A stretch of 61,858 nt of DNA, counting the filler, from Aduncisulcus paluster (Eukaryota), in the NCBI GenBank assembly GCA_024181965.1. It is 5 parts of 5 records of this genome, joined end to end, with 100 filler letters (N's around TTAATTAATTAA, not from the genome) between each part and the next. Parts side by side here need not be neighbours in the genome. Positions count along the whole stretch, not along the records: positions 58,293 to 61,858 come from BQXS01011251.1; 4 more parts are not named here. One strand, written 5' to 3'. Below, in pieces: positions 59,062 through 61,858 of this stretch. Numbering within the stretch: the first letter of the stretch is position 1; each line of letters opens with the position of its first letter. The notes under the pieces were generated by a model. The model made no database searches. It was not told the DNA's origin and saw only the letters and a list, made by a program, of their open reading frames with translations. The position numbers were made by a program, and so were the translations under genes.

Positions 59062-60662
59062 ATTGAATAAAAAAATGGTAGTTTATAAAACCAAAAAATA
59101 ATGATAACTAAAGAAAATTCGAATATAAAGGGCTGCTTATGTTATTATTGGCCAAAAGACACTTGTTCAATAAAACTTCATATTAAATCATGAAGGCAAT
59201 AATAAATATAAACATAAATAAAATTATTTAATAAATATATTATGAAAATTATAATATTATTCTTAAAATGTGTCCTATTCGTGCACGACTATATCAGATC
59301 ACCTGGGCACAGAAATATAGAACACAGTATCAATATCATAAACTAGATAACTATATTTATAAGAAAGAATGAAAAAAGGTACATAAATATTAGATATTTT
59401 TTGATATAGAGCCCCAACATTTCTCAACCACCGCCGGTGGAAAGTTTGTATTTTTTTTTTGTTTGTTTGTTTTTTGGGAAAAAAAATATAAAAGAAATGT
59501 ACAGTGCAACCACCGTACAGGGGGGACCCCCACGGATGGGGGTAAAAGGGGGGAATTTTACTCATAGATAGGAGATTGGTGAAGTGAAGTATAAAACAAA
59601 TAAACTTCTAAACGAATAGACTTCATAGACCAGACCCAGTTCTAGTTCTCTTCTTATGTTCAAAGAGAAGATACAGAGAGAAGAGAAAAGCTTGAATTCG
59701 GCAAAACAAAGGAAAGATCACGAACCATGAATCATCCAAGAATAAGATGATGTGACACATAGATTGGGAATAGCATTGATGTTATTGATGTGTTATTCGA
59801 GATTCAAATGAGTTAAGCGAGGAGCAGGTGTGTCAATTTATCAATTACTTTCAGAGATAATGGGTGGAAACCAGGAGCAACGAACAGAACCAAAAAGTTG
59901 AGTGTTTTAAATTTGTAGCAGTATTTTAGGGAGTAGTACAGTAAATATCAGACGTTTGAGTTCAGTTTTATGTCAATAAAAATAACAATAATGTGTCAAA
60001 AGGTTCGAAAATCAAACAGATATCATTGACATGCAACAAAAAACATAACAAGCATTAAAGGGGGAATAATGGCATGAGCATCGAGTTGCAATGATTTTAA
60101 GCTTCGTTTTTATCATGATATTCCAGGAATATCGGGGAAAATATTCTTAAGACATTGTACAATGAAGATGTTATGAATGACACAATATAAAGAGGAATCA
60201 AATCAATAAAATCAGGACATTTGCTCCACAAGATGTCTTCTGACACGGAACTCGATGTTTTATCGTGTTTTATATTCATATTCTCATCGATAAATAACTC
60301 ATCTCAAGAAAGGGCATAAAACGTCATATTTAGATTTTTGGGAGTTAATATTTCAGTTAGAAATTAGCAGCAAAAATTCATTTGGTGGGAATCACTTTCA
60401 GTTAAATTGGATATAGCAACAAAATTAGCTTGCGAAGCTTCAAGTGCGAAGCTGAATCATTGGATAAAGCATTAATTTTGCTGGGATCGAAGATTTTATT
60501 GATAAAAAAATAATAAATTGAATTTTCAGTATTTTTATTGTTGTATTATCTTTAATTGGCCTAGGGATGGAAATTGATCGTTTCTCGCCATGATCGGCCT
60601 ATTCGTGAATAGGTGTATTCACGAGTCGTGAATAAACTCTGGTTTCGCGAGTTAAGAGTCAC

Positions 60663-61858
60663 TCATTTTTTCAAAGAGTACTCCTTAACAACCACTTTTC
60701 CACCGCTCGCTGCCATCCCAAACTTCAAGGAGGCGAGAGTCTGACCAATGGACTTATCTTCAGGAGAGATATTTATAATCAGGAGAGCTTTACAATTCTT
60801 TCCGGAGAGAGTACCCTTAAGGAATTGTGTGAGAACTGAATTTCTAAAGCTTGGACACTGCGGGATTGCATCTTTGGATATTTTCAATCCCTTACTCTCT
60901 TGTTGCTTATAAGATAGGTATCTAATAGCTGTGGAGAGTGTAGATAGACTCAAATTGATCATCTTGGCCTCTTTCTCTCTTGCTCCGTCAACGCCAGACA
61001 TTTTGATATTCTCAGAACCAGCCAAATCAACGAGATCCATCACTCCATTCGTGGATCTCTTCCCTTCAGAGTCTTCACCATTCACATAGATACGGTATAT
61101 GGCATGACTACGACTGGAATGGGCATTCATGGATGTAGCTGCAACGTGCCTATTGCTAGCAGCAATACCCATAGTCTTTCTAAATTGTGACATTGTCGTC
61201 ACAGCGAGAGGAGCGATTTCCGCCACGTCGGTGAATCCATTGGATTGTTCTTCAACCGTAAAATGGTTTTGCCTCTTTTCTTTGGAAGAAAGAATCTTGG
61301 ATCTGAGATCTTTAGAATCGGAATCTGATGAGTTCTGAAGAAGATCTCTTATTGTATTGTTATATATCTCAATAAATTTAACTTTAACGGTATACTTCCA
61401 CCCTTTTTTCTCACGAGTGTCCTTCAAAATCTTTTCAACAGCTCGTGGAATGACACCCTCCATTGTATAGGTTTTCCCACTTCCAGTCTGTCCATAAGCA
61501 AGAGCACAAACACAAAAACCATTAATAACAGATGTAACGAGCATACTAACCTCTTTTCCAACATCTTCTTGTTTATCTCTGGGAGTATAAACACGATCGA
61601 ACTTAAACTTCTCAACTTTCTGTCTTTTCTCACCAGATCTGCATAAGGGAGTTACTTTGGGATCATGCTGGACATGAATATGCTGCCGACGAGTGGTGCT
61701 GTCAGGAAAACTAAAGTGAGTATAAATATCTGAGAAATCATCAGGATGAGGAATATCTCTGGAAATCCCCTCAAGAACAGGACGTAATCGCACAAAAACT
61801 CTTATATTGCCTTTTAAATCCATAATTTCTTCGTGCATTTGTCTAAAAATTTCATCAA
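60663..61858 (-). CDS. Kinesin-14 family (C-terminal motor); 5'-partial
   Basis: Neck LKGNIRVFVRLRP, FKFDRVY, P-loop GQTGSGKT, NAHSSRSH, LVDLAGSE, INLSLS. The motor sits at the C-terminus and the frame is open to the window end. Confidence 0.93.
   Translation of the reverse strand, partial: DEIFRQMHEEIMDLKGNIRVFVRLRPVLEGISRDIPHPDDFSDIYTHFSFPDSTTRRQHIHVQHDPKVTPLCRSGEKRQKVEKFKFDRVYTPRDKQEDVGKEVSMLVTSVINGFCVCALAYGQTGSGKTYTMEGVIPRAVEKILKDTREKKGWKYTVKVKFIEIYNNTIRDLLQNSSDSDSKDLRSKILSSKEKRQNHFTVEEQSNGFTDVAEIAPLAVTTMSQFRKTMGIAASNRHVAATSMNAHSSRSHAIYRIYVNGEDSEGKRSTNGVMDLVDLAGSENIKMSGVDGAREKEAKMINLSLSTLSTAIRYLSYKQQESKGLKISKDAIPQCPSFRNSVLTQFLKGTLSGKNCKALLIINISPEDKSIGQTLASLKFGMAASGGKVVVKEYSLKK

Noticed and set aside
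60097..60279. 60-aa minus-strand ORF
   Set aside because: Short, AT-rich and without recognisable motifs.

Overview
This is a gene-dense, intron-poor eukaryotic protist scaffold read in the standard genetic code (genes end in TAA, TAG and TGA). It is made of five contigs joined by an artificial 100-nt N-TTAATTAATTAA-N linker, and it has nine 20-N gaps whose flanks are duplicated unmerged overlaps. The gene style and an expanded family of tandem APC10/DOC-like jelly-roll proteins suggest a free-living fornicate (Aduncisulcus/Carpediemonas-like); that lineage call is inference only. Recognisable genes are MSH6, tRNA-Asn(GTT), an M6PR/Atg27-like receptor, alkaline phosphatase, acyltransferase-3, an EGF membrane protein, TXNDC17, LMW-PTP, a Mei2-like RRM protein, Sec22, Ste24, a giant SH3-DOCK GEF, a disrupted AGBL4/CCP6 and kinesin-14. 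Reading the DNA directly adds what the ORF track misses: a 438-codon DOC-like gene running off the left edge, a spliced CXXC1/Spp1-like zinc-finger gene, and four 81-101 nt GT-AG introns. I find no convincing single new system. The best leads are the DOC-like family, the stop- and frameshift-riddled CCP6, two hairpin clusters near 59.5 and 60.6 kb, a recurrent CTCGCTA intergenic motif, and evidence that contig 2 is inverted.
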